A stretch of 64,000 nucleotides of DNA from Dictyostelium discoideum. Lineage: Eukaryota. The first letter of the stretch is position 1. Each line of letters begins with the position of its first letter. The stretch is taken from positions 352,001-416,000 of the forward strand of contig CM000151.3 in the NCBI GenBank assembly GCA_000004695.1, written 5' to 3'. This document shows positions 24,501 to 35,410 of the stretch, one piece after another. The position numbers and the translations under genes are program-made. The notes below the pieces were generated by a model. It saw only the letters and a list, made by a program, of their open reading frames with translations. It did not search any database and was not told where the DNA came from.

Positions 24501-24941
24501 CTAATTAAAAATATCATTGTTGTAAAAATAAATAAATAAATAAATATATAAAAAATAATAATGAGATTAATAAAAGTTTTTTTTTTTAATTTTTTTTTTT
24601 AATGATTAATTTATTTTAAGAAGATTAATTTTTTTAATGATTAGTTTATTTTAAGAAGAACTTTTTTTTTTCTAATTTATTTTTTAATTAAAAAAAAAAG
24701 GATTTTATGAAGCTGAAATAATTATAAAGAAACCCAAAATTATGGAAATTACAAACAAAACAATTGAAGCAGTGGCCAAAGCTTTTGCATTCTTGTTATT
24801 TGATTTTAAGTAACGGATGTTAATTAACCATATACAACTAACAAAGAAACCTTTTCATAAACATATAAAATAAAAATAATTACTATTATTAGTTTTTTCT
24901 TTTTTCTTTTTTATTTATTTTTTTTTTTATAAAAGACATAC

Positions 24942-25284
24942 CAAGAATAAAAATAATCAATGAAGAATTAAAATGAGATTCATCATCATCAACACTAATA
25001 GTTATAATAGCATTTGGAGGTGGATAGTATTGTGGAGATTGAAGAACAATTTTTGGTGGTTGTTGTATTTCTTGTGAATATTGTGTGACTACAATTGGTA
25101 TACCTTGGGATGAAAATGTTTGGTGATGGTGTGAATCTAATTTTTCAATTTGAGGAGTATATGTTGTATTTACATTGTTTAAGTAAATATTATCATTTCT
25201 ATTATTATTATTATTATTATTATTTAAATTTTGGTTGTGGAATGAAGAATTTTCTTCATTCAATTGAATATAATCAGTTCCCAT
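24942..25284 (-). CDS. small Pro/Asn-rich protein, exon 1 (paralog B); putative tail-anchor exon at about 24720..24830
   Basis: ATG at 25284 starts MGTDYIQLNEENSSFHNQNLNNNNNNN...PPKIVLQSPQYYPPPN...SLIIFILG, followed by a GTATGT donor. The tail exon encodes YLKSNNKNAKALATASIVLFVISIILGFFIIISAS*. Confidence 0.5.
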
Positions 25285-25545
25285 TTTTTATTGAATTTGG
25301 TGAGTAAATAAAATTAAAAAATTAAATAGAAACTTTTACAAATTAAAAAAAAAAAACAAATTTAAAAAAAAAAAAAAAAAAAATTAAATTAAAAAACAAT
25401 TTTTTTAAAAAGGCAGTTCTTTGGTTTTTGAGAAATTCTGATCGATTTATTTATTAGAATAACACAGGTTGGTGGTAACACAAAAAATTGAAAATTTTTT
25501 TTTTTTTTTTTTTTAATCGATTTATAAAATATGGGTGTATTTTTC

Positions 25546-25657
25546 TTGAGAGATTATCATCATTAATTCATTATGTGTTAACCGACTCACTCCATTTTCA
25601 TATGAAATTAATTTTTTTAATTTTTAAATTGGTTTTTGACAAAGATTAAAAATATTC
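25546..25657 (+). pseudogene. 112-bp fragment of a family paralog (TPYLYEVNNFKFLNWFLTKIKNI region)
   Basis: About 85% identity to 40015..40130 of the 37413 paralog. It abuts the 3' end of TRE3 copy 2. Confidence 0.6.
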
Positions 25658-25671
25658 TTTTTTCATTCAAA

Positions 25672-28080
25672 GGTTTTTTTTTTTTTTTTGATATAAATAA
25701 ACTATTGTAGTATAAAATTAGTATGTTATTTTTATTTATTTATTTTAGGTTTTTTAGTTTTTGTGAATTTAAAATGGTATGTTATTTTAGATTAGGTAAT
25801 TAATAATTAATTGGTGGTGTAATTGTTGGAATTGGTTCATTTGTGTTTATGCTCCATTCTTTTTTAAATTTTTTGATGGTTTCGGACCATTGGGTTTCTT
25901 TTTGAGTTTTTATGAGGTTGTTTTTAATTGAGTATTGGTTAAAGTTTGATAATGTTCTTGAATATTCCAATCTTATTAGCTTGTGCCATTTTGATTTTAA
26001 TATATCATAATCTAGTGTTGTGTTGTTTATTTGGTTGTTCCAATTATCAATTGATTGAGTTATATTGATGTCAAATAATGATTTGAATAACCATATCCAT
26101 ATTTGGTGAATAACTAATGAGATTATGTTCCAATATGCATGTGTTCTGACTAGATCAAGATTTGTGTTTATATAATTCCAGTTGAACCTGTATTTTTTAT
26201 ATTGTGCGTTTTCTGCAAAATGAAAATTAATATTGATAGTTGGATCTGGTTTAAATGCTTTGTTGTTTGTTTGTGGTTTATAAATGAGTGTGTATAATTT
26301 TGTTGTTTGGTTTTTTGTTAGTGACCAGTTTTTGTTTCCATTGCAATTTTTATATATAAAATATTTTAATTTGTCGTGGTTTATGAAGTAGATTGTGTGC
26401 TGACAATTGAAAAACAAATGACCATAGGGATCATTATTCATTTCATTGTTGCAAATGGGGCAAACTTTGTTGAGTAGATGATTAATCGGAAGACATCTAG
26501 CATGGAATCTTTGCATTGTATCACGGCCTTTTGGATCTTTTAGCTTTTGAATTTTGACAAATAGTTGGTCGTATGTGTATTTCCATAATAGTTGTATTGA
26601 TTGTTGGTGCGAAGTAAGAAGTAGATCTGAATATTTCTTTCCAATATAGTCTTTTGATTTACATTGATGATTGTTGAGTATTGTCGAGTAGATTTCTTTG
26701 AGTGTTGGTGGTAGTGAAATATTATTTGTTGTTAATGTTTGAGAGGTTTGGTTTTTTATTAATATTGGTTAAAGGGTTTGAACTTTATCTTTTAGATGTC
26801 CAATTTGAGTTGCATAGTTTTCCCATTCTTTTTTTATTTTTATAAGGTATGGAGAAGAGATTGATTTGTTAATAATTTGATCCATCCAACTTATCATGTA
26901 TATTGAATTGTTTGCAGATTTATGCATTTGTAAAAATCTGTTGTATATCCAAATCTTTTGAGCAACTTGTCGTAATTGTATATTCCACATACCCCAACCA
27001 CCTTCTTTTAATGGTTTTAATGATCTATCATAACACATCAAAGGTATTTTTGCACGTGAATGGATGGTTGATGTGTTATTTTCAATGGAATTGGTATTGA
27101 GAGTTGGTGATTCAGAATTTGCGGGAGAATTCATAAACCATGAGATTAATTTATTAATTTGAATTTCTTCATCTTTTGTAAATTCTTCAAGGTATGATAA
27201 ATATGTTATTGGTGATAGTGAGTAGGTGTTTATGATGGTTGTTTTTGTTTTTAATGTTGTGCCACTAGTTTTCCATAGTACTAATGATTTGATCAGTGTT
27301 TTCATTGTTTCTGGTAATTTCCTATGTAAACCATTATGATTAAAGAAATAGCCAATGAACTCTTTCTGATTGATCTTTTTTGGTTATTGGAATTCTTTTT
27401 GATTGTGGAATGTTGTTTATTATGTGTTTATCAGTGATTTTGTGGTGGTTGATTTCTATTATTGCACTTTTGTCAAAATTTAATGATGATGATGTTGAAG
27501 CGCAGAAATTATTTGAAATGTTTGATTGATTGTTGTTGTTGTTCGTAGGTGATGTTGTATGTTGTAGAGTCGTCTGCAAATTGGGTAAATTTAATTTTAA
27601 TTTGTGGTAATCCAATTATTGTATTGTCTGCATTTATTGTTCTTGCTAATATTTCAATTACAATTACAAATAGAGTGGCTGAGATTGGGTCACCTTGTTT
27701 TACACCTCTTTTAATATCGAATTTTCTGGTCGTTTTACCATTAATTGAAATTTTTGCTTGTGGAGTCAGATAATAGCTTGTGGATTAAATTTATTAATTT
27801 TATTGGTATACCAATATGAATTAATGTTCTTTTAATACTATCGTGAGAGATAGAATCAAATGCTTTGAAGAAGTCAAATAGTGTGATGATACCAGGGAGG
27901 TTTTTAGATTTGAGGTAGTTGATTAATTCATTGATGTTGATGATGTTGTCTATGATGAATCTGTGGGGTACGAAACCAGTTTGGTTGATGTTGATGATCT
28001 GACTACAGTGAGAATTGGTTTAACTTGGTTTAAATGATTAATGTAGAATGCATTTGTAACGTGCATTCTACATAAACATA
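25672..28080 (-). mobile_element. 5'-truncated TRE3-type non-LTR retrotransposon (copy 2)
   Basis: Minus-strand ORFs 25800..26516 (CCHC: FHARCLPINHLLNKVCPICNNEMNNDPYGHLFFNC) and 26769..27305 are colinear with the C-terminal part of copy-1 ORF2. An RT fragment lies at 27330..28020. A T17 run at 25672-25688 is its likely poly(A) tail (plus-strand poly(T)). Confidence 0.6.
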
Positions 28081-28084
28081 AGAA

Positions 28085-28735
28085 AAGATGGATATTATCA
28101 CCTGGTACTGCAAATGACCATGAAGCAATCAATATTATCAATCATTTAATAACTAATCACAATAACACATCAATCAATCAATTCCCAAACTGGTCAAAAG
28201 TAAAATCAAAAATTATTAAAACTCTAAAAAACTATCAATATAACAAAGACAAACAAACTCAACGTGCAAAACAAATACTATTAGAAAAAGCAGCAAAATT
28301 CAAACATCTTGAAGAACAATGCATCGCTGAATACAACATTATATGTAACAAAAACAAATTACATCAAAACCACACAAACATATTAAAAAACATATAAATG
28401 GAGAAATACCTAGCAAGTATCTATCAGCAATACTAAACAAAAGATCAAAAGATGCAAAAATTGCATCAATCTAATATGGTAACATCATTACATCCGACCC
28501 CGACCAAATTGAAAATGCGTTTGTTGAATTCTACACAAATCTATATAGCTTACAAATATGTTGTCCAATTACTCACCAGCTCATGCTAAACACATGGCCC
28601 ATCATAAAAAATGAATATTGGAATGGTTTAGACTCACCATTTATACAAGATGAAGTTGAAGCTGCAATTAAAACCTGTAACCCCAACAAATCACCCGATA
28701 CAGTTGAAATCTCCTGCGATAATAGATACATGTTG
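28085..28735 (+). mobile_element. inverted TRE3 ORF2 fragment (EN-RT linker region), frameshifted
   Basis: The plus-strand translation ...IENAFVEFYTNLYSLQ...NEYWNGLDSPFIQDEVEAAIKTCNPNKSPDTVEIS matches copy-1 ORF2 ...IEEEYVKYYSNLYDYKEDDPLSHYEMLENW...EILEVIKQLNPHKSPGPDGIP. The junction with the minus-strand RT fragment carries a 10-bp hairpin (gtagaatgca/tgcattctac, 28046-28074). Confidence 0.5.
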
Positions 28736-28739
28736 GGAT

Positions 28740-29017
28740 TGGTTTGGTATTGGGTTTGTTGAGTGGTTGTGGAGAAGTGTTTGTAGTGAAGTTGCATATG
28801 AATTCTTTTTGATGGTATTATTTGATGCTGGTGCGTAAATTCCAAGAATACCAATTGGTAATTGATTTGGAAATATAACGTTTGCTAAAATAACTCTACC
28901 ATCAATTGTTGATATGTGTTTGAGTTTGAGTGTGTTTGGGTTATGGTTAATGATGATTACACCATTTCCTCGTTTGGTGACAGAGATGATGTGATCGGGA
29001 AAATCATGTTTAAGTTG

Positions 29018-29020
<3 letters not shown>
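28740..29020 (-). mobile_element. TRE3 endonuclease-domain fragment
   Basis: The minus-strand translation ...IDGRVILANVIFPNQLPIGILGIYAPA matches copy-1 EN ...IEGRLIISDILIKDTTTRILAIYAPA. Confidence 0.5.
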
Positions 29021-29095
<75 letters not shown>

Positions 29096-29549
29096 TGGAT
29101 TAACAAGATTGATATATGTCCATCTGTGTTAATACGAGTTTTATTTAATATTTATTTAAAGGCTTATCGTTTAAGCTGAAGGGTTATTTTAATCATATGA
29201 ATTGATCAAAAGATATAATATTTGGGAGAGATGATTCTGGAATACAATAGTAATTAGCTGTTGTTTTTCTTAGCTTGATCGTTGAAGTGAGAAGGATCTT
29301 AGGATCTTTGAAGTTATTATGGTCTTTTGCAGATAAGTTTTTCAGATCTTTTGCTTTTTTGATGTATTCTAGAGTGGCCAATTTGTGCCATTTCTTTAGA
29401 AGGGAGCTGTATGATAGTGATTCATCTGTTAAAGGATCTTTACTGTATATTTGATTGCAAATTCAAATTCAAATGTTGTGGAGGATAAGGGCCATTAAGT
29501 TTCTATATGCGAATGATCTGGTTAGATCATAGTCTATTGCTTTATATTT

Positions 29550-30278
29550 TCATTCAAAGTATTCTTTGTGGAATCTGTGGTTGGCGTAATCTGCATTCAC
29601 TTCTTGATCTTTTTTGGCTGTCGGTGATAATTTTGGAGTTATTCTATTAATGAAATTGTTATTTTGCCTAATTCTTGTATGGTGCCAGTTTTTACCTTTG
29701 CCTGTGGTAATATAGATGAAATTTTTGAGTTTATTTATTTTTATGAATTGTTTTGTTTTCTTACATGAGAAGAACAGGTGGCCGTATGGGTCTTTGCTCA
29801 TATCTTCTTTGCAGAGTGGGCATTGTTTGTTGTGAAGGTAGTTTATTGGAAGGCATCTGGCATGGAATCTAAATATTGTGTCTCTTGTTTTAGGGTCTTT
29901 TATCTTCAGTATGTTGTTGAAGAGTTGATTATAGCTGTAGCCTCTTAAGTTTAGAGATGATTGGAATTCCGTTTTAGGGATGGTTGGATTTTGGTCTTGA
30001 ATTGTTGTATACCATTCTGCCAGTGAAAGTGGTTGTCCATTTTCGTTTTTTATGGATGTGAGATTATTGTTGAAGATTGCTTTTGTGATTCTTATTTTGT
30101 TCCATTCGTCTAAGTTTTCTTTTAGGTATCTGGATGTGAATTTGTTTTTTTGGATCTGATATTCCCAGCTTTTGTCATAGCTAAAAGTAGGGGGCTGGAA
30201 CATTTGGAATATAGAATTGAGACAACTGGCGCAGAAACTTTGGATCATAAACCAGTTCATCCTAGCACTAGAAACCAA
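29550..30278 (-). CDS. TRE3 ORF2 C-terminal continuation (CCHC zinc finger), separated from the main ORF by a stop or frameshift
   Basis: It contains FRFHARCLPINYLHNKQCPLCKEDMSKDPYGHLFFSC. In copy 2 the homologous region is contiguous with the upstream ORF, so copy 1 probably carries an inactivating mutation or a sequencing error near 30279-30296. Confidence 0.6.
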   Translation of the reverse strand: MVSSARMNWFMIQSFCASCLNSIFQMFQPPTFSYDKSWEYQIQKNKFTSRYLKENLDEWNKIRITKAIFNNNLTSIKNENGQPLSLAEWYTTIQDQNPTIPKTEFQSSLNLRGYSYNQLFNNILKIKDPKTRDTIFRFHARCLPINYLHNKQCPLCKEDMSKDPYGHLFFSCKKTKQFIKINKLKNFIYITTGKGKNWHHTRIRQNNNFINRITPKLSPTAKKDQEVNADYANHRFHKEYFE

Positions 30279-30296
30279 ACAAACAAACTCATCTCA

Positions 30297-32873
30297 TCAC
30301 AGAATAACTTGAAATCCACTAGCATTTTTGTTGTTTGGTGCCGATAAAAACCATTCGACTAATTTATTGATTTGGTTTAATTCCTCTTCCTTAAAGTTCT
30401 CTACATATGAATAGTAGGTTAATTTAGAGAGTGCGAATGCTTTGAGGATGTTGGTTTTGGTTTTGATTGTTGAGTCAGTGGTTTTCCATAGTACTAAGGA
30501 TGATCTTATTGTGTTTAATATTTCTGGCATTTTTCTTGTTATCCCTTTACCTGTGAAGAAGTATCCCAAGTATCTTTCTGGATTTGTAGATATTGGAATT
30601 CTTTGGTTGGTATTGTCTGGGTTGCCTATAAGAATTGATGAAGATTTGTCGATGTTTAGTTTTGAGGAAGTGGCTTTGCAAAATGAATTGAAGTGTTGTA
30701 GTACTAATTCAAGTTGTTGAGAGTCTGGGACCATTGAAGCCGAGTCGTCTGCAAAGCTTTGGAATTTCTCTCTGTGGTTGCTGTTGTTTAGAGGAAGGCC
30801 AGTAATTCGATCATCTTGTAAAATTTTTCTAGCTAAAGCCTCTATTACAAGGACGAACAGTGTGGGTGATAGTGGATCTCCTTGTTTAACTCCTCTTTTG
30901 ATCTCAAAGGGTATAGTAGTTCTACCATTAATTTCAATTCTTGCTTCAGATTTGGTGAGTAGATTCATTATCAGGTTGATTATATTGGTTGGAATGTTGA
31001 TGTGTTGTAGTGATCTAAGTATTGAACCGTGTGAGATCGAGTCAAAAGCTTTTTCGAAATCATATAGTGTAATTATTCCGTTAATTCTTTTATCATTACA
31101 ATAGTTGATTAATTCGTTCATTGATATGATATTATCTATAATGAATCTGCCTGGTACGAAACCTTTTTGATTGTGGTTGATCACTTTCGTTAGTATTGGG
31201 ATTATTCTATTGTTTATTAGCTTTGAGTGGATTTTATATATACAGTTAGCCAGTGTAATTGGTCTTCTGTTTTTGATTAGTTCGGGGTCTCCCTTTTTAG
31301 GTATCGTGATAATGAGGCCTTCTTTGTAATTTTTGCTAATTAGATGAGGATTTCTTAGAGTGTCGTTGAATGCTGAGGCCAGTATTGGAGCTAGTTTTTC
31401 TTTGTGTGTTATGTAGAATAAGTTTGGAATTCCATCTGGACCTGGAGATTTGTGTGGGTTCAGTTGTTTTATTACTTCTAGGATTTCTTGTGAGGTGAAT
31501 TCATTTTCAAGGTTGTCCCATGTTGAGTCCCTGGTCACTGTCCAATTTTCCAACATTTCGTAATGAGATAGTGGGTCATCTTCTTTGTAGTCATAAAGAT
31601 TTGAGTAATATTTTACGTATTCTTCTTCGATCAATTCCTGTTTGTTAATTGTTCTACCTTGTGCATCTTTTACTGCGTTGATGGTGAAATCATTGTGTCT
31701 TTTCTTGATTCTCGCGGAGATGTACTTGAGTGAGGTTTCTTCGCAATAGTTGTTCAATTCTTGTTTAAGTTGTTCTTCTCTTTTTTTAGATTCATTTATT
31801 GCTGAAAGGGTTGCGAAGGCTTGGTCTTTAAATTCTGTCTCTAGTAGGGAGATTAGATTTTTGATGTTTGCCTTATTGTTGTAGTCGTTTTGTTTTTGAA
31901 ATTCGGTGTATAGTTGTTTTATTTTGTTTAGTAAGCTGTTGAGTTGAGAGAAGGAAATAGAGTTATGGTTGGATGACAGCTCCCTTGAATAATCGTTAAG
32001 TAGGAAGTCTATTTTCTTAAGCATTATGCTTGAGAGGATTGAGGATTTTTTTAATCTCCATCTGCGCTTGTTCATCTGTATGTTGGGTAGAGTGAAAGTG
32101 GTTGATAGGAAGTTGTGATCTGATAGAGGTATGTCGTTAATTTTTGGGGGGATTAGGTTCCTTAAGTATAATTGGCTGTAGTTGATTAAGCTATTGTTAA
32201 GGTATATTCTGTCTAGTCTCCTTTCCAAGATTCTTGTGAGGTTATTGTTTGTGTTGTGTATCGTTCTTGAGAAGGTGGGTCTTTTATTTAGTTGGTCCAT
32301 ATCCATTAGGTTATTTGAAATTCTGATGGCTTCGATTACTGTGGCCATCTCATCTGGGGATTGTGTTGTCAGGTTGCCTTGGTCATCATTTGATGTGTGA
32401 TTGTCATTGAAGTCTAAACAGTTGAAGTCGCCTGCTATGATGTCGATGTTTTTATTAGGGTTAGACGTTAGGTTGTGGTATTGGTTGTTGAAGTGTTTAT
32501 TTAGTGTTGATGCTAGTGTTTTTCTTTTATCAGGTTGGGCCGGGGCGTATATGGCCAAGATTCTCGTTGTGGTATCTTTTATTAGAATGTCTGATATTAT
32601 TAGTCTACCTTCTATTATGAATATTGGTGAGAGTTTTATGTTTTGGTTGTTGTGGTTTAGTATTCCTATTCCGTTGCCTCTGTTGGTTGCGCTAATGATG
32701 GAGCCAGGAAATAGCTGGTGTGCTTGTGTTGCGTCGGCGTTGAGTTCATTGACTATGGTTAGTGCCAATGAGTTTGGGGGGGATTGGGATTTGATAAAGT
32801 CTGTTTTGTTTTTGAAGGAGGTGTCAGTACCCCAACCTCTGACATTCCATTGGTTGATTTTGATTACTACCAT
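30297..32873 (-). CDS. TRE3 ORF2 (endonuclease + reverse transcriptase), main part
   Basis: The 858-aa ORF begins MVVIKINQWNVRGWG (APE-type EN). RT motifs are ...PKKGDPELIKNRRPITLANCIYKI... and ...FADDSASM.... The minus-strand ATG at 32873 overlaps the end of ORF1. Confidence 0.8.
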   Translation of the reverse strand: MVVIKINQWNVRGWGTDTSFKNKTDFIKSQSPPNSLALTIVNELNADATQAHQLFPGSIISATNRGNGIGILNHNNQNIKLSPIFIIEGRLIISDILIKDTTTRILAIYAPAQPDKRKTLASTLNKHFNNQYHNLTSNPNKNIDIIAGDFNCLDFNDNHTSNDDQGNLTTQSPDEMATVIEAIRISNNLMDMDQLNKRPTFSRTIHNTNNNLTRILERRLDRIYLNNSLINYSQLYLRNLIPPKINDIPLSDHNFLSTTFTLPNIQMNKRRWRLKKSSILSSIMLKKIDFLLNDYSRELSSNHNSISFSQLNSLLNKIKQLYTEFQKQNDYNNKANIKNLISLLETEFKDQAFATLSAINESKKREEQLKQELNNYCEETSLKYISARIKKRHNDFTINAVKDAQGRTINKQELIEEEYVKYYSNLYDYKEDDPLSHYEMLENWTVTRDSTWDNLENEFTSQEILEVIKQLNPHKSPGPDGIPNLFYITHKEKLAPILASAFNDTLRNPHLISKNYKEGLIITIPKKGDPELIKNRRPITLANCIYKIHSKLINNRIIPILTKVINHNQKGFVPGRFIIDNIISMNELINYCNDKRINGIITLYDFEKAFDSISHGSILRSLQHINIPTNIINLIMNLLTKSEARIEINGRTTIPFEIKRGVKQGDPLSPTLFVLVIEALARKILQDDRITGLPLNNSNHREKFQSFADDSASMVPDSQQLELVLQHFNSFCKATSSKLNIDKSSSILIGNPDNTNQRIPISTNPERYLGYFFTGKGITRKMPEILNTIRSSLVLWKTTDSTIKTKTNILKAFALSKLTYYSYVENFKEEELNQINKLVEWFLSAPNNKNASGFQVIL

Positions 32874-34116
32874 TATGAGATGATATCGATCTCCTCTTGG
32901 GAGTCGTATAGCTGCGGTTTGGATGGTGAAGGGTAGATACTCTCTATGAAGCTCTCAATGATTCCTTTCCTTTCTTTATTGACAGGTGTCTTAGGGGTGG
33001 ATGGGATGTAAGGGTTGCTTCTGTTTATTGTTGGTGAGAGTTGGGTGACCTCGTTGTTTGAGTGGATTTCCTCGTTCTTGCGTTTATGTGATGGAGGGAT
33101 GTTTGGTGTCTTCTCTCTGTTTTCCGAGGATGAATGGATGTTAGTGCTCGTTTTGTTGGTATTGTCTTTTTGGATGGCGTTGGATGTTGTGGTAGTGGTT
33201 GTGGTGGGTTTGACAGATTGAGATTCTGCTTGGTTTTTGGGGGGAAGAGGTTGAGAGGACTTTTTTGATTGGGCTTTTTTCTCTTGGGTTGATTGTTTAT
33301 CAGACTGATTGTTTGCTGGGTCATTTGTTTGTTGTTGTGGTTTTGGTTGAGAGGATTTGATTGCTATCCTGTTTTGGGTGTTGGGAGGATCATCTGTCAT
33401 CTCATCTTCTAATGGTTCTTCCGTGTTGTTTGACTCTACTTTCTTATTTTTCTTTTGTGAGGAGTAGGTTTTGGTGGCCGTTCTGATGGTAAAGTTGGCG
33501 ATTTCTGTATTGTGTTGGCCAGATTTCATTTGATCGCCTATTTTGCATTCTATTAGACCGAATACTAGGAGGTGGTAGGTGGAGTATGTAGTATGGTATA
33601 TTGCATAGGGTATTTCTTCTGCAAAGGCAGTTTTGATGAGGGCGTCCACTATTCCTGCCTTTTCTTTTGGAATTCTTACTCTTCCTGTGAGGACGTGGTA
33701 GTCTCTACTGGAGGTGATGAAAGTTCCCAATTTGCTTCTATCTCTAATGATATTTAGGAGAGATTGTCGTTTTTAATCATCAGGTGTATCATTTTTCTAG
33801 TTCCTTTGCCTATGTATATCTTGTCGATTGGGATATCGTAGTTTGAGAGTGTTTTTCTCATTTCTTCTAACCCCATGAGATCCATTTTGGGGAATTCGAG
33901 TGTAATTGGGTAGAATCCGTTGTTTTTCTCGTAGGTTGAGAGCGCAGTCATGTTCAATATGGTCTCGCAGTATTTGGAGATGTCTTTGAGGCCTATTGAT
34001 AATTTGGGGTAGGTCTCCTTTATCTCTGCTGTTTTTGTGGAGAATTCCTTAATGAAGTTCTCTGATGCCTCGTCCATATGGGGGGCCATTTTAGCCGCGT
34101 CTGCGTAGGAATTCAT
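32873..34116 (-). CDS. TRE3 ORF1 (two frames: 33754..34116 and 32873..33730)
   Basis: ATG at 34116 starts MNSYADAAKMAPHMDEASENFIKEF... There is a frame change near 33730-33754, after which the basic, Thr/Gln/Pro-rich ORF1 continues to 32873. Confidence 0.55.
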
Positions 34117-34365
34117 CTCGATGGGATTCCTTTGAATCGGCGATTTGGTAAGTTAGATCTGTAGATCGTGGTGGATTGGTGATTTTTTTTGAAAGATTGG
34201 TTAAAATTGACCGAGATTAAGGATAGAAAAGGATGAATTACTTTTCACGTGTATCTTGTATCCTCTTGATCGCGGTACGGTTTTTTTTTCTCTTTTTATT
34301 GAAGTAACATTTTTCACGTGTATCTTGTATCCTCTTGATCGCGGTACGGTTTTTTTTTTAAGTTT

Positions 34366-34397
<32 letters not shown>

Positions 34398-34412
34398 CAG
34401 CAACTTAAAAAG

Positions 34413-34486
34413 TATTCAGAGCGGGAATCGAACCCACGACCTAATCCGTGTTAAGGATTCGTGATAACCGACTACACCATCCGAAC
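34413..34486 (-). tRNA. tRNA-Val (anticodon AAC)
   Basis: The minus-strand sequence is GTTCGGATGGTGTAGTCGGTTATCACGAATCCTTAACACGGATTAGGTCGTGGGTTCGATTCCCGCTCTGAATA. It forms a cloverleaf with a 7-bp acceptor stem (two G-U pairs), a TTAACAC anticodon loop (AAC), AGGTC in the variable region, and a GGGTTCGATTCCC T-arm. A T5 Pol III terminator follows immediately (CTTTTT). It closely resembles eukaryotic tRNA-Val(AAC). Confidence 0.85.
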
Positions 34487-34514
34487 TAATCTATAAAAAT
34501 TATTTTTAAACCGT

Positions 34515-34782
34515 TGTAATAAAGCTTGTTAGCTTTATAAATATATATAATTAATAATTATATAATTGAATAATACTTTGTTATCTTTATTTAATATTAA
34601 TTTATATTTATAATATTCAATATTGTTTATAAAATTATTCTTTAGTATTTATATTATTTATAATGAGTTGACAGTATTATTATTATTATTATTATTATAT
34701 TATTTAAATGTGTGTCAACTATAATTAGTAATGTAATATGCATATTTAATATCTATTAATTTTATAGAGTAACTTTATTACA
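34515..34782. repeat. 3' LTR (relative to the minus-strand element)
   Basis: Identical to 36887..37154. Confidence 0.85.
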
Positions 34783-35379
34783 TATCCCCCCCTTTTAGTT
34801 GAAAAAAATTTTTCAATCTTTTAATATAAAACACATCATGATTTTTAATATTATCCAATACTAATTTGAATTTTAAATCGCTAACTCTCTCATGTACTTT
34901 GAAAAGACCTTCCCAAGATTTATTGAGCTTTACTGGACCAACAGTGGATTGTAAATAGACATAATCTCCTACTTGAATATTTGAACGAGAAACTTTTTTA
35001 TTAATTTGTGATAATTGGTCTTTACCAAGATTATCCTTAATGAGACAAGGACGTTTGAGGTTATTATTTACAATTTGGGCGAAATTATGAGCAAAATCTA
35101 ATCTTGATAAATTTGTACATGGATTTCTTATTAATGGTTGAATTGAGGTTATTTGTGATTTAATTATTGAATTCTCTGTTTGATTTAATGATATTGATTT
35201 TAATGGTAAATTTGATGTTATTGGTGAATCTATTGGTTCTTGGAATAAGAATTCTGGAATATCGTAATCTATTGGTAGTTGTTCTTCAATAGTTGGATAC
35301 GATTTGATTGATAGTATATGATGAGAATTAAAATTTTCAATTAAATGATCAGTATCTGTTAATAATTCTGATTTTGATG

Positions 35380-35410
<31 letters not shown>

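Larger units (their letters stand above)
29021..34368 (-). mobile_element. near full-length TRE3-type tRNA-targeted non-LTR retrotransposon (copy 1, about 5.3 kb)
   Basis: The poly(A) tail shows as T50 at 29021-29090 on the plus strand. The 3'UTR is 29091-29549. ORF2 (APE-like endonuclease, RT with FADD motif, CCHC) is 29550..32873. ORF1 is 32873..34116. The 5' end lies 45-125 bp downstream of the 3' end of tRNA-Val(AAC), in the same transcriptional orientation. Confidence 0.8.

Noticed and set aside
27549-33221. Plus-strand ORFs 27549..27773, 30442..30720, 30778..31104, 32182..32883 and 33015..33221
   Set aside because: They lie antisense within the TRE3 ORF1/ORF2 coding regions. Their similarity to each other reflects the conserved sense strand.
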